A program made the translations under genes and the position numbers. Positions 49,594 to 61,628 of a stretch of DNA of 64,000 nucleotides are shown here, one piece after another (position 1 is the first letter of the stretch; the number at the start of each line of letters is the position of its first letter). The notes under the pieces are model-generated. The model ran no database searches and was not told the DNA's origin. It was given only the letters and a program-made list of their open reading frames with translations. Source of the DNA: Leucoraja erinacea (lineage: Eukaryota); NCBI RefSeq assembly GCF_028641065.1, contig NW_026576267.1:62001-126000 (forward strand), in the 5' to 3' direction.

Positions 49594-51589
49594 ACGGTTT
49601 AGACTTAAGTTAACCTCAAAATGTGTAACAGACATATGTGTGCTAAATGATTTTTTTTGTGGATCTAATAAAGGAAAAAATAAAATCGTGCATCATTGTG
49701 CATATACTTGTGTTTGAAAAAAAATTTCAATTGCAAACGGGATTCTTGCGTCTCTGTCTCTGCCCCTTTCCTAGGCCTGCACCACCCGCCTTACCCAAGG
49801 AGTAAACCACCTCACAAGGGACCAAGGAGTAACACCTCACTGAGACCAAGGAGTAACCACTTCACTGAGACTACTGTCTATGGCATGTTTAAGAGAACTG
49901 CGTTGCAGATGCTGGAAAAATTTACGGTAGACAAAAATGCTGGAGAAACTCATGAGACCAAGAAGTGAACCCACCTCACAGACTTACTGTCTAATGAAAT
50001 GACATGTTGAAGAAAGAACTGCAGATGCTGGGAAAATATTGCCATTAAATCTTTCCCCTCACCTTAAAACTATTTTCTGGTCTCTGATTCCCCTACTCAG
50101 TTAAAAAAAAAACTCCACTCTAGTTATTCCCCCTCATTATCTTATACACCTCTTCTCCTGTAGCTTAGACTCAAGTACTGGCAACATCCTCGTACATATC
50201 CGCGCTCCGTCCAGTTTAGCAACTGGCAGGGTATCCAAAAGTGAACACATCTCCAAATGCAGTCTCGCCAAGGTCTTCCACAACTGACATAAATCCCAAC
50301 CTCTATATTCAATTCCCTGACTGATGAAGGCCAATGTGCCGTACACTTTCTTGACTACCCTATCTTCTTCCGTCTGCAGAAGGGTCTCGACCCGAAAGGT
50401 CACCTATTCTTTCGCTCCACAGATGCTGCCTCACCCGCTGAGTTTCTCCAGCATTGCGGTCTACCGTCCATTTTTACAGCATCTGCAGTTCCTTCTCAAA
50501 CCTATCTTCTTGTGATGCTACTTTCAGGGAACTTTGTATCTGCCTCGTTAGATCCCTCTGCTTCATAGCATTCCCCAAACCTCCGCCGTTCACAGTGAAT
50601 CCGAAAGAGGAAGATATAATTGTTAGCTGTAGATTTCGGAAAGCGTCGGTCTAACTATGACTTTTGATGGGCAAAATTCTTACCACCTCCTTCCCAATAC
50701 AGAATATGAGACACGAGACATTAGATGTGATTTTAACGCATTATAGTCATAGAGTGATAGAATGTGAAAACAGGCCCTTCGGCCCAACTTGCCCAAACCA
50801 GCCAACATGTATTGTGTTGTATATCTTTATTGTCATTTCCCGAGTATTCACATACCCAGAGGAAACAAAAAAACGTTGCTCAACCAGTGTCCATTCAGTG
50901 TGCATAAAAAATAAATAGAAATAAGAATACATATATCATGAACAAATTAACACTATACTAAACATCAACAGGCGTTCCGATTGGCAGCGGCACGACAGTG
51001 GCTCTGCTGCAGTGTGTCCAGGTTGGTGGTTGGTGCGCGATACTTTGGCAGGGGGCAAAGTCCGCTTAGCAGTCTTATAGCCTGCGAGTAGAAGCTGAGG
51101 AGCATCCTGCTGGTTTTGCAGCTAATGCTCCTGTACCTCTTCCCAGATGGCAGGATGGAGAATATGTGATGCGATGGGTGGTAGGGATCTTTGATGATGG
51201 AGATGGCTCTGCTGATACACCTCTTCCTGTATATGTCCAGCAGGAAAGGGGGTGGAGCACCAATAATTCTGCTGGCGGTCTTCACAATCCTGTCTAGTTG
51301 GTGCCGTTGGTACGCCTTGCAGCTCTCGAACCAGGAAGTGATGCCGTAGGTTAATGTGCTCTCGATTGTCCCCCTATAAAAAGTCCCAGCTACACTAGCC
51401 CCACCTGCCCGTGTTTGGTCCATATCCCTGCAAACCTGTCCTATCCTTGCAGCTATCTAACTGTTTCTTAAATTAGACAGAGATTCGCATGAAAAATTAT
51501 CAGTTACTTTAGCTGTCGAATAACATCAGTAGATCTTAATGGACACTGAGGCACACACATATAGATCACAACATCAATATTATTTAAAC

Positions 51590-52300
51590 ACTGGCCACAT
51601 TTTCCCATCCCTTCCCCTAACAGCTTTCCGCAGAGACCGCTCCCACCGTAATTCCCTGGTCAATTCGTCCCTTCCCACCCAAACCATCCCCTCCCCTGGT
51701 ACCTTCCATTGCAACCGCAGGAAACGCTACACTTGTCGCTTTACCTCCCCCCTCGACTCCATCCAAGGACCCAAGCAGTCTTTCCAGGTGAGGCAGAGGT
51801 TCACCTGCACCTCCTCCAACCTCATCTATTGCATCCGCTGCTCTAGGTGTCATCTGCTCTACATCGGTGAGACCAAGCGTAGGCTTGGGGATCGCTTCGC
51901 CCAACACCTCCGCACAGTTCACAATATCCAACCCGATCTCCCGGTGGCCCAGCACTTCAACTCCCCCTCCCATTCCGAATCCGACCTTTCTGTCCTGGGC
52001 CTCCTCCATGGCCAGAGTGAGTCCCATCGCAAATTGGAGGAGCAGCACCTCATATTTCACTTGGGTAGTTTACACCCCAGCGGTATGAACATTGACTTCT
52101 CCAATTTCAGGTAGTCCCTGCTTTCTCCCTCCTTCCCCTCCCCTTCACAGCTCTCCCACTGTCTCCGCCCCTTCCTTTCTTCTTCCCACCCCACACCCCC
52201 ACATCAGTCTGGAGAAGGGTCTCGACCCGAAACGTCACCTATTCCTTCACTCCATAGACGCTGCCTCACCCGCTGAGTTTCTCCAGCATTTTTGTGTACC
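51590..52300 (+). mobile_element. Penelope-like element 3' fragment (GIY-YIG endonuclease) with hammerhead-type motif
   Basis: FTCTSSNLIYCIRCSRCHLLYIGETKRRLGDRFAQHL...VAQHFN...RKLEEQHLIF...GMN. Similar fragments at about 1946-2440, 7840-8560, 8580-8810(-), 43690-43975, 59235-59632, 62950-63210(-). Confidence 0.88.
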
Positions 52301-53899
52301 ATCAACATTCTTTAAATAACTTCTGCTTTGCACTCGCCGGCCCCATTTACTTATTTGTTCTTCATCGCGATGTCCCACCCCTTATTCTCGCTGATTGCAA
52401 CCTTAATCGATATTCGAAGTTCAATTAAGAAAGTCACCAGTTTGGAGAATTAGTTCATTTTATTTATTGTTTCTCGTGAAAACAGCTATTTAAACAAAAG
52501 TCGTTTGCACCTTTTCAGAAATCGGGCAAACAGTCCCCGCGGCAACCATACAGTTAAACTAGGAGATTAATTTAGGAGATTGAGAGGGGATCGTATAGAA
52601 ACTTACAACATTCTTAAGGGATTGGACAGGCTAGATGCAGGAAGATTGTTCCCGATGTTGGGGAAGTCCAGGACTAGGGGTCACAGCTTAAGGATAAGGG
52701 GGAAATCCTTTAAAACCGAGATGAGGAGAACTTTTTTCACACAGAGAGTGGTGAATCTCTGGAACTCCGCCAAAGAGGGTAGTTGAGGCGTTCATTGGCT
52801 ATATTTAAGAGGGAGTTTTGTGGCCAAGGGATCAGAGGGTTCGCTCCAGGTACGGGATACTGAGTTGGATGCCCATGATCATATTGAATGGCGGTGCAGG
52901 CTCGAAGGGCCGAATGGCCTACTCCTGCACCTAATTTCTATTTTCTATGTTAAACATAAACCACTGCTACTGAAAAGACATAACAATTCTATCAGTCTGA
53001 GGAAGGTTCTCGACCCGAAACGTCGCCTATTTCCTTCGCTCCATAGATGCTGCCTCATCCGCTGAGTTTCTCCAGCATTTTTGTCTACTAACATTTCTAT
53101 CAGTCCCGTTGTACATTTAGCTGCTGGATATATTTTTTTAATTTACCAGGAGTTTGAGAGTTTGAACTAATTTGTTGATATGAAATTTAAAAAAAGATTG
53201 ACTTTGGTTTCATTATTTTGTGCGGTTTAGATGGAGAGTGCGATACCATTGAAACCTATCAAGGTCTAGATAGCGTGGAAGAGGATGTTTCCACTAGTGG
53301 GAGAGTCTAGGACCAGAGGGCACAGACTCGGGATAAAATGATCCACCTTTCGAGTGGAGATGAGGGGGAATTTCTTTCGTCAGAGGGTGGGGAATCTGTG
53401 GAATACATTGTCACAGACGGCGGTGGAGGCCAAGTCATTGGGTATTTTTAAAGCGGAGATTGACCGAGTCTTGATTAGGGTGGATGCCAAGGGTTACGGG
53501 GAGAAGACAGGAGAATGGGATTAGGAAGGAAAGATAGACGAGCCATGATCAAATAGCCGGAGGAGATTCGATGGACCGAATGGCCTAATTCTACCCCTAT
53601 GCCTTACGATCTAACCGCAAACCTTCACGGATGAAATTGGCTAATGAGAAGATAAGCTTCCTCATGCCGGTCCCTTCTCATGTTATTTTACAGGGAATCG
53701 TCCGAATAGACCCTTCACTGGAACACAGCTACTTATAGGAATGCTATTGAAAATAAAGAATGGGTCGACTGGGCTTGTATTTACTGGAATTTAGAAGGAT
53801 GAGAGGGTATGTTATAGAAACATATAAAATTCTTAAAGGATTGGACAGGCTAGATGCAGGGAAAAATGTTCCCGATGTTGGGGGAGTCCAGAACCAGGT

Positions 53900-53960
<61 letters not shown>

Positions 53961-55173
53961 TAAGAATGAGGGGCAGGCCTTTTAGGAATGTGATGAGGAA
54001 AACATTTTCACCCAGAGAGTTGTGAATCTGTGGAATACTCTGCCGCAGAAGGCAGTGGAGGCCAATTCACTGGAGGTTTTCAAGGGAGAGTTAGATTTAG
54101 CTCTTAGGACTAAAGAAATCACGAGATGTGGGGACAAAGCAAGAACGTGGTACTGATTTTAGATGATCAGCCATGGAATAGCGGTGCTGGCTGGAAGGGC
54201 CGAATGCCCAAATCCTGCACCTGTTTTTCTATATATTTTTTTCTAAATATCTGTGTAATACCACAATTTAATACCCCCCCCCCCCCCCCCCCCCCCCTCT
54301 GAAAATTATTAGAGGGCGAAGATGCCAATACGGCATTGATATTTTGAAAGTTTCAGAGCTTTGTGTAGGAAAGAATTGCAGATGCTGGTTTAAATAGAAG
54401 ACAGACACAAAATGCTGGAGTAACTCGGCGGGACAAGAGACAATAGGTGCAGGAGGAGGTCATTCGGCCCTTCGAGCCGGCACCGCCATTCAATGTGATC
54501 ATGGCTGATCATCCCCAATCAGTACCCTGTTCCTGCCTTCTCTCTATATCCCATGACTCCGCTATTTTTAAGAGCCCTATCTAGCTCTCTCTTGAACGTA
54601 TCCAGAGAACCGGTCTCCACCGCCCCTTTTAAACAGTGATATTTAGAAAAAGATATAGAAAAACAGGTGCAGGATTTGGGCATTCGGCCCTTCCAGCCAG
54701 CACCGCTATTCCATGGCTGATCATCCAAAATCAGTACCACGTTCTTGCTTTGTCCCCACATCTCGTGATTTATTTAGTCCTAAGAGCTAAATCTAACTCT
54801 CCCTTGAAAACCTCCAGTGAATTGGCCTCCACTGCCCTCTGCGGCAGAGAATTCCACAGACTCACAACTCTATGTGAGAAAAGGTGTTTCCTGTCTCTCG
54901 GGGGGTGTTAGAAACATAGAAAATAGGTGCAGGAGGAGGCCATTCGGCCCTTCCAGCCAGCACCACCATTCATTGTGATCATGGCTGATCATCCCCAATC
55001 AATAACCGGTGCCTGCCTTCTTCCCATATCCCTTGATTCCACTAGCCCCTTTCTCACCTCAGTCTTAAATAGCCTCCCCTTTATTCTAAGACTGTGTGTG
55101 GCCCCTGGTTCTGGACTCGCCCAGCATTGGGAACATTTTTCCTGCATCTAGCTTGACAATGGTTAGTGGCCAA

Positions 55174-55791
55174 TTATTTCCTGGAACCCGATTCCTTGCC
55201 TTTGCCCTTCTTGGTGCCTTGAGATTTCTTTAAAACCCGCCTCGCCGCCCTCCTCAGATGTTTCCTGACCCCGCCGAAGGCACCACGCAGTCTGCTCTTC
55301 CATCCCGGTTTCCCCGAGTCTTCGGCCCCCGGTTGACTATTTGGACAGAGTGCGCTTTCCCCGCTCTCTGTTGTCTCGTCTGGTCGCAACCTGGAGACCA
55401 GACCCTGCTCCTCCGGCGTGGAGCAATCGCCCCTCTGCTCCACCAGCGCTGTGACCGCCGACTCGCCGTCTGGCCGGGGACATGGATCATCTTCACCGGG
55501 GGCGACTCTGAAATCCTCCGGGTATTCGATTTTTGCAAAACCACCCGAAGAAAGGTGCTCCCATACAGCACCAGGAAAAAGGGCGCTGGTGGTCTCACTC
55601 TTGTAGTTGCGTTCTGCTTTCTGGCTGGCGCTCTCCCTCAGGCTGCTCAGGACGACCCTCTCGGTCTCTTCCAGGTACATTTGCTGGTATTCCCACCAGT
55701 AGTAAGGCTTCCCCCAGCAGCGAGACACGTGGCAGCAACTGATGCAGACCGCGATTGCCACAAGGACAAGCAGGAGGATCAGTCCAGCCAT
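55174..55791 (-). CDS. CALHM family channel, coding exon 2 (TM4, cytoplasmic helix, long tail); spliced protein 383 aa
   Basis: Acceptor ctctctccctgcAG|ATG, then MAGLILLLVLVAIAVCISCC..SRC..YWWEYQQMYLEETERVV..RESASQKAERN. The intron falls just before TM4 as in CALHM genes. Stop TAA at 55174-55176. Confidence 0.82.
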   Translation of the reverse strand: MAGLILLLVLVAIAVCISCCHVSRCWGKPYYWWEYQQMYLEETERVVLSSLRESASQKAERNYKSETTSALFPGAVWEHLSSGGFAKIEYPEDFRVAPGEDDPCPRPDGESAVTALVEQRGDCSTPEEQGLVSRLRPDETTESGESALCPNSQPGAEDSGKPGWKSRLRGAFGGVRKHLRRAARRVLKKSQGTKKGKGKESGSRK

Positions 55792-56547
55792 CTGCAGGGA
55801 GAGGGGGAGGTGCAGATAAAGTGGATATGAAAAAGGGTCTCGACCCGAAACATCACCCATCTCTTCTCTCCAGAGATGCTGCCTGTCCCGCTGAGTTAGT
55901 ACAGTTTTTTGTGTCTATCATCAGCCGTGATTGAATGGCGGAGTGGGCTCGACAATAGACAATATGTGCAGGAGTAGGCCATTCGGCCCTTCGAGCCAGC
56001 ACCACCATTCAATGTGATAATGGCTGATCATCCCCAATCAGTACCCCGTTCCTGCCTTCTCCCCATATCCCCTGACTCCGCTATCTTTAAGAGACCTATC
56101 GAGATCTCTCTTGAAAGTATCCAGAGAACCTGCCCCCACCGCCCTCTGAGGCAGGGAATTCCACAGACTCACAATTCCCTCTGTGTGAAAAAGTGTTTCC
56201 TCGCCTCCCTTCTAAATGGCTTACCCCTTATTCTTAAACTGTATGTGGCCCCTGGTTCTGGACTTCCCTAACATCGGGAACATGTTTCCTGCCTGTAGCG
56301 TGTCCAAACCCTTAACAATCTCATATGTTTCGTCAAGATATCCTCTCATCCTTCTAAACTCCAGAGTGTACAAGCCCAGCTGCTCCATTCTCTCAGCATA
56401 TGACAGTCCCGCCATCCCGGGAATTAACCTTGTAAACCTACATTGCACTCCCTCAATAGCAAGAATGCAAGCAAGAATTTCATTGTCCTATCTGGAACAC
56501 ACATGACAATAAACTCTCTTGATTCTTCAATCTTTGAATCTACTCAC

Positions 56548-57081
56548 TCGCGATTCAAACTTCAAAGTGCGGATTACTTCGGAGTCCTCCTTCGGCGGTT
56601 CTTGGGGCTGGGCTGTTAATGGAGTATCTTGTCCATGAGCAAGCCTAGAGAAGTATTGGATACAGCAGTAGCAGTCGCCATCCAGGAGAACCACCATAAT
56701 CCACATCCAGCCGTGGTAGAAGACTTTGAGAAAGGAGACGAGCTGCCAGGAGGCCGGGCGTTGGCGGCGGGGGTCCGAGATGGTCACCAGGTGGTCGCTG
56801 CGTTTTGCCACAGCCCTCTGTGGACAACGGCAGTAGACCAGGCATTCCCTGTGGACAAAGACACTGAGGAGGGTGAGGACGGTCGCCGGGACCAGGAGGA
56901 AGGAGATGCCGTAGACCTGGTTGTAGGCGACCAGCCAGGGGCACTGGCATCCTATCTCGGCCATCTCTTGCAAGCCCCAGAAGACGGTGGCCACCACCAG
57001 GGATCCGATCACCTTGAAGATGGGTGTCCCCACCAGGGCTAGCTTGTCGTGCTCAGACAGTTGCAGAAGGTTGAGAGGCAT
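56548..57081 (-). CDS. CALHM (FAM26) family large-pore channel, coding exon 1
   Basis: TM1, CQCP..YNQVYGISFLLVPATVLTLL, WMWIMVVLLDGDCYCC and LKFESR match CALHM motifs (FxCPC, NxxYGxxFLLxPA, WxxxxLLDGxxYxC, KxxSQ). gccATG at 57081; phase-0 donor GTGAGT after 56548. Confidence 0.85.
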
Positions 57082-59634
57082 GGCGACTCAGTCCCCCCCT
57101 CCTCCCCTCTGGCGGTGGAAACACTCCAGCGTTGGCCATTTCATCCAAGCTGCTGGGTGAGTGACAGCGTCCGTGTTTGCATTGCAACGCGTCCTTGCAT
57201 TGCAAGTTTCCGGCCTCGTCCTCCACGCTCTCCTGGTCCTGAGATCACCCCATGCCTCTTGAAGTTGATGCGAATCAAATTACGTTATAACTAGTTATAG
57301 TTTTAGAGATGGCGCTGCGTGGAAAAGGGGCCCCTTCGGCCCAATTTGCCCAATGCCGACCAAGATGTCCCATCTACACTTGAATGAATGAGTGAGTGAG
57401 TGAATGAATTAATGGTTTATTTCGGACATACATTAAAAAGAACAACTTAACACTCGTACACTTAAACTGTGGCCCCTGGTTCTGAATTCTCCCCAACATC
57501 GGGAACATCTTTCCTGCCTCTAGCGTGTCCAACCAGAGAAACATAGAAAATAGGTGCAGGAGGAGGCCATTGGAACCAACACCGCCATTCATTGTGATCA
57601 TGGCTGATCGTCCCCAGTCAATACCCCGTGCCTGCCTTCTCCCCATATCCCTCGACTCCACTAGCTCCTAGAGCTCTATCCAACTCTCTCTTAAATCCAT
57701 ACAGTACTAGGCCTACACTGCCCTCTGTGGCAGGAATTACATAAATTCACAACTCTCTGGGTGAAAAACTTTTTTCTCACCTTAGTCTTAAATGACTTCC
57801 CCTTTATTCTAAGACTGTGGCCCTTGGTTCTGGACCCGCCCAAATTTGGTAGCATTTTTCCTGCATCTAGCTTGTCCAGTCCTTTTATAAGTTTCTATAA
57901 GAACCCCCTCATCCTTCTAAACTCCAGTGAATACAAGCCTTGTCTTTTCAATCTTTCCTCATCTGACAGTCCCGCCATCCCAAGGATTAATCTCCTGAAC
58001 CTACGCTGCACTGCCTCAATCACAAGGATGGCCTTCCTCAAATTAGATGCCCGATCTACACTTGTACACTTAAATTGTGGCCCCTGGTTCTGGACTCCCC
58101 CAACATCAGGGACATGTTTCCTGCCTCTAGCGTGTCCAAACCCTTAATAATCTTATGTGTTTCTATAAGATTCCCTCTCATCCTTCTAAACTCCAGCTAA
58201 GTTATTTCGCCAAGCATTCACATACAAGGAATTTGCCTTAGTGCTCCGCCTGCAAGTGCCAATATGACATACAGTGACAGTTAGGAATAACACATAAAAC
58301 ATTAAACATTAATAATAAAACATTGTTGATTAAACATGTGAATTAAATAAAATACCAGAGCAAATGGAGGCTACAGATTTTCAGTCATTGAGTAGAGCAA
58401 CTACTCGTGGAGAAAAAGCTGTTTTTATGTCTGGCTGTGGAAGCTTTGACAGTTCGGAGTCGCCTTCCAGAGGGAAGTGATTTAAAGAGTTTGTGGCCAG
58501 GGTGAGAGGGGTCAGAGATGATCTTGCCCGCCCGCTTCCTGGCCCTTGCAGTGTAGTTCGTCAATTGTCCCAGTCGGAAAAGCAGGGGGCATGATCTTGT
58601 ATAACACCATTTCAATCAGTCTCGGAAAAAGGACCCAGAACATCACCTATCATATACCGCTTGGCCAGCTTACAACCCAGCTGTTTATTGATGTCTCTCA
58701 CTTCAAGTAGCCCTTCCATCCCCCCTCTCTCTCTCCATCCCTCCTCCTCCCTAGCCTGGGGGGGGGGGGGGGGGGGGGGGGGGTTCCCCCGGCCACGGGT
58801 ACCATGTAATCCCGTGTTACCTGATCCATGGTCCGATAGTCGGCGACTAAACTGTCTCCCCCATCTGGTTTGCCAGGTGAGGAGGGAGGGGACTGTGGAC
58901 ATCCAGCAGGACCAAAAACAAGAGCTGTCAAAAAGGGCGGATGAGCTTCTAGCGAGCCAACGGCCATCCACACTTCAGTAGAAGTTGCGATCACTGTCGT
59001 AGGTAGCATTGTAAGGAATGATGATAAAGCACACACACACCAAAATCCTAGACTTCCAGTGGCGGAAGTCCGCAGGAACTGGAGGACAGAGATGTGTGGT
59101 GCGTCCATCACTGTTCCCATCGGAAACCAGCACCACTGCGTCGCTAATGTTTTCAACGATGATCAATGAATGTACTACAGACAATTTTAATATTCATACC
59201 GAGGGAATTAACTGGTTAATTAACCAATTAACAATATAACCAACCTGATCTCCCGGTGGCCCAGCACTTCAACTCCCCCTCCCATTCCGAATCCTACCTT
59301 TCTGTCCTGGGCCTCCTCCATGGCCAGAGTGAGTCCCACCGTAAATTGGAGGAGCAACACCTCATATTTCGCTTGGGCAGTTTACACCCCAGCGGTATGA
59401 ACATTGACTTCTCCAATTTCAGGTAGTCCCTGCTTTCTCCCTCCTTCCCCTCCCCTCCCCAGCTCTCCCACAGCCCACTGTCTCCGCCTCTTCCTTTCTT
59501 CTTCCCGCCCCACCTCCAACACCCCCCCACACTCACATCAGTCTGAAGAAGGGCCTTGTCCCGAAACATCACCTATTCCTTCGCTCCATAGATGCTGCCT
59601 CACCCGCTGAGTTTCTCCAGCATTTTTGTCTACC

Positions 59635-59810
59635 TCAGCCAATTAACTTGTACGCCTTTGGAGTGTGGGAGAAAACCAAAGATCTCGGAGAAAACCCACG
59701 TAAGTCACGGGGAGAACGTACAAACTCCGTACAGGCAGCACCCGCAGTCAGGATCAAACCCGGGTCTCTGGCACTGTAAAGTAGCGACTCTACCATTGCG
59801 CCACTGTGTA
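59635..59810 (-). mobile_element. V-SINE (HE1-like) tRNA-derived SINE, representative copy
   Basis: tRNA-like head plus the central GTTTTCTCCG...TCCCACACTCCAAAG V-domain. Other copies at about 3775-3880 with 4470-4550, 22620-22890, 28060-28370. Confidence 0.7.
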
Positions 59811-61502
59811 TAACTCGTTATCCTAGCCCACAGCCAACAATAGGCCGTTCCCCTGAATGGGGTACTGATTGTGGATGAACAGCTATAATCACAGTGAATG
59901 GCTGTGCTGGCTCGAAGGGTTGAATGGCCTCTACTCCTGCACCTATTGTCCATTGTCTATCATCGTTACTGTTTTGCATATCTTTCATTCACTTGTTCTT
60001 ACATCTCATTATATCATCGTCTATATCTCTCGGCTCCCTTTCCCCTGATTCTCAGTCTGAAGAAGGGTCTCCACCCGAAATATCACCTGTTCCTTCTCCC
60101 CAGAGACGCTGCCTGTCCCGCTGAGTTACTCCAGCTTTTTTTGCGTCTATCTTCGGTTTAAACCAGTCTCTTGCCCTCCATGTTCTTCAGAGACGCCGCC
60201 TGACCCGCTGAGTCACTCCAGCACGTCATGTCTTTTTTTTATGTAAGCGTGCACCTGCTGTTTCTCGTGTTAACAAACTGTGCAAAATTTGTGTCGTGTT
60301 TCGACGAACATATTGCCCAATAAAGAGTACAGCGTGCTAGGTTGCAAACTTGATTTTAATCCCCGTGATGTTACATCACAACACACACACACACACTAGA
60401 GTCTACAGTAGAGAAACAAAGCTGTCCTAGCTTCAGTTGCAACAAAAAAATGCTTCCTTCAGCATTTTACAGTGTAAGGTCTGTATTGCAAGTGTGCACT
60501 GAGGACTTGTGTTTCAATCACTTCCGATACACTTTACAAAACATTTAGAAAAAAAAAAGTTAAAGACACTCTTCCCGCTGCATCCTCAATGGCATTATCA
60601 AAACAAAAAGCCGCACTGTTCCACAAGCGTGCCTGAGAGGTACAGCCCGATTTGAGTGGAGGTGAAGGCTTGTGAGACAGGCCACCCAACTTGGCTGCCC
60701 CAGTTTCAAGCCTGGAGCGGGTTTCTCCCAGAGCAGTGGCAGGCACCAGCAAGATAAATCTCCCCCCCCCCCCCCACCCCTCTCACGCACACACACACAC
60801 ACAAAATGCTCTTGCATATTCTTCTTAAAACTAAGTGGAACATACATGACCACGCTGTAAATGGTCCCCTTCGGTTATTTTGGGGCATGGTTTTGGTAAA
60901 CAAATCTAAAAAAAAAAAAAACTTATCCCAGAAGTCTAACTTTTGGAACTTTTGAAATCTAAAAAAGTTTCCAAAAGTCCAAAAAAAAAAAATCTTTTTT
61001 TTTTTTCTCTCATCCCAAACAAAGTTGCAAATAAATATTTCTTCCGAAGGACCGGAAGAAAGACAAAAGGGAGGATGGACAGGTCATTGTCTTTTTCCCT
61101 GGACCTATAAACCATTGCGGATTCAACACAAAATGGTGGGGATTTGTGGCATGCGATTTTGGGGAGGGATAGTGAGGGGAGAGAGAGAGAGAGGAAGGAG
61201 AGGGAGAGAGAGGAGGGGAAGAGGAGAGGGGAAGAGGAGAGGGAGAGAGAGAGAGGAGAAGAAGAGGAGGGGAAGACTGCAACAGAAACACGAAACATGA
61301 GATGGTCAATCCATCTTCATATGTTGCACAAGTCTTAGGGAGAACATTAAAAACAAAATGCCAGAATGTTTAAAAAAAACAAAAAGCAGATGAGAATTTG
61401 GATTTTCTTTTGGTGGTTGACAACGGTGAGTCAGTTTGTGTTGAGGACAGTTTGTGTAAATCCTCGGCTACCTCCGTTCCACACTAGTGCCCGTGGCGCT
61501 CC

Positions 61503-61628
61503 TCATTGCTTCTGCTGCATGGCCTCCTTCCTTGCGGCGTCTTGCAGTAACTGGGTGTCCACCTCATCGGCCGGCAGCTGGACGTAACGCACCACCGAGC
61601 CACGGATGAAGCAGTTCTTCACGGAGAG
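61503..61628 (-). CDS. LSM2: U6 snRNA-associated Sm-like protein LSm2, last coding exon (not in the ORF track)
   Basis: Manual translation after acceptor ttctttaccccgccAG gives LSVKNCFIRGSVVRYVQLPADEVDTQLLQDAARKEAMQQKQ*, nearly identical to the human LSM2 C-terminus (…KEALQQKQ). Upstream exons were not seen in the window. Confidence 0.97.
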   Translation of the reverse strand, partial: LSVKNCFIRGSVVRYVQLPADEVDTQLLQDAARKEAMQQKQ

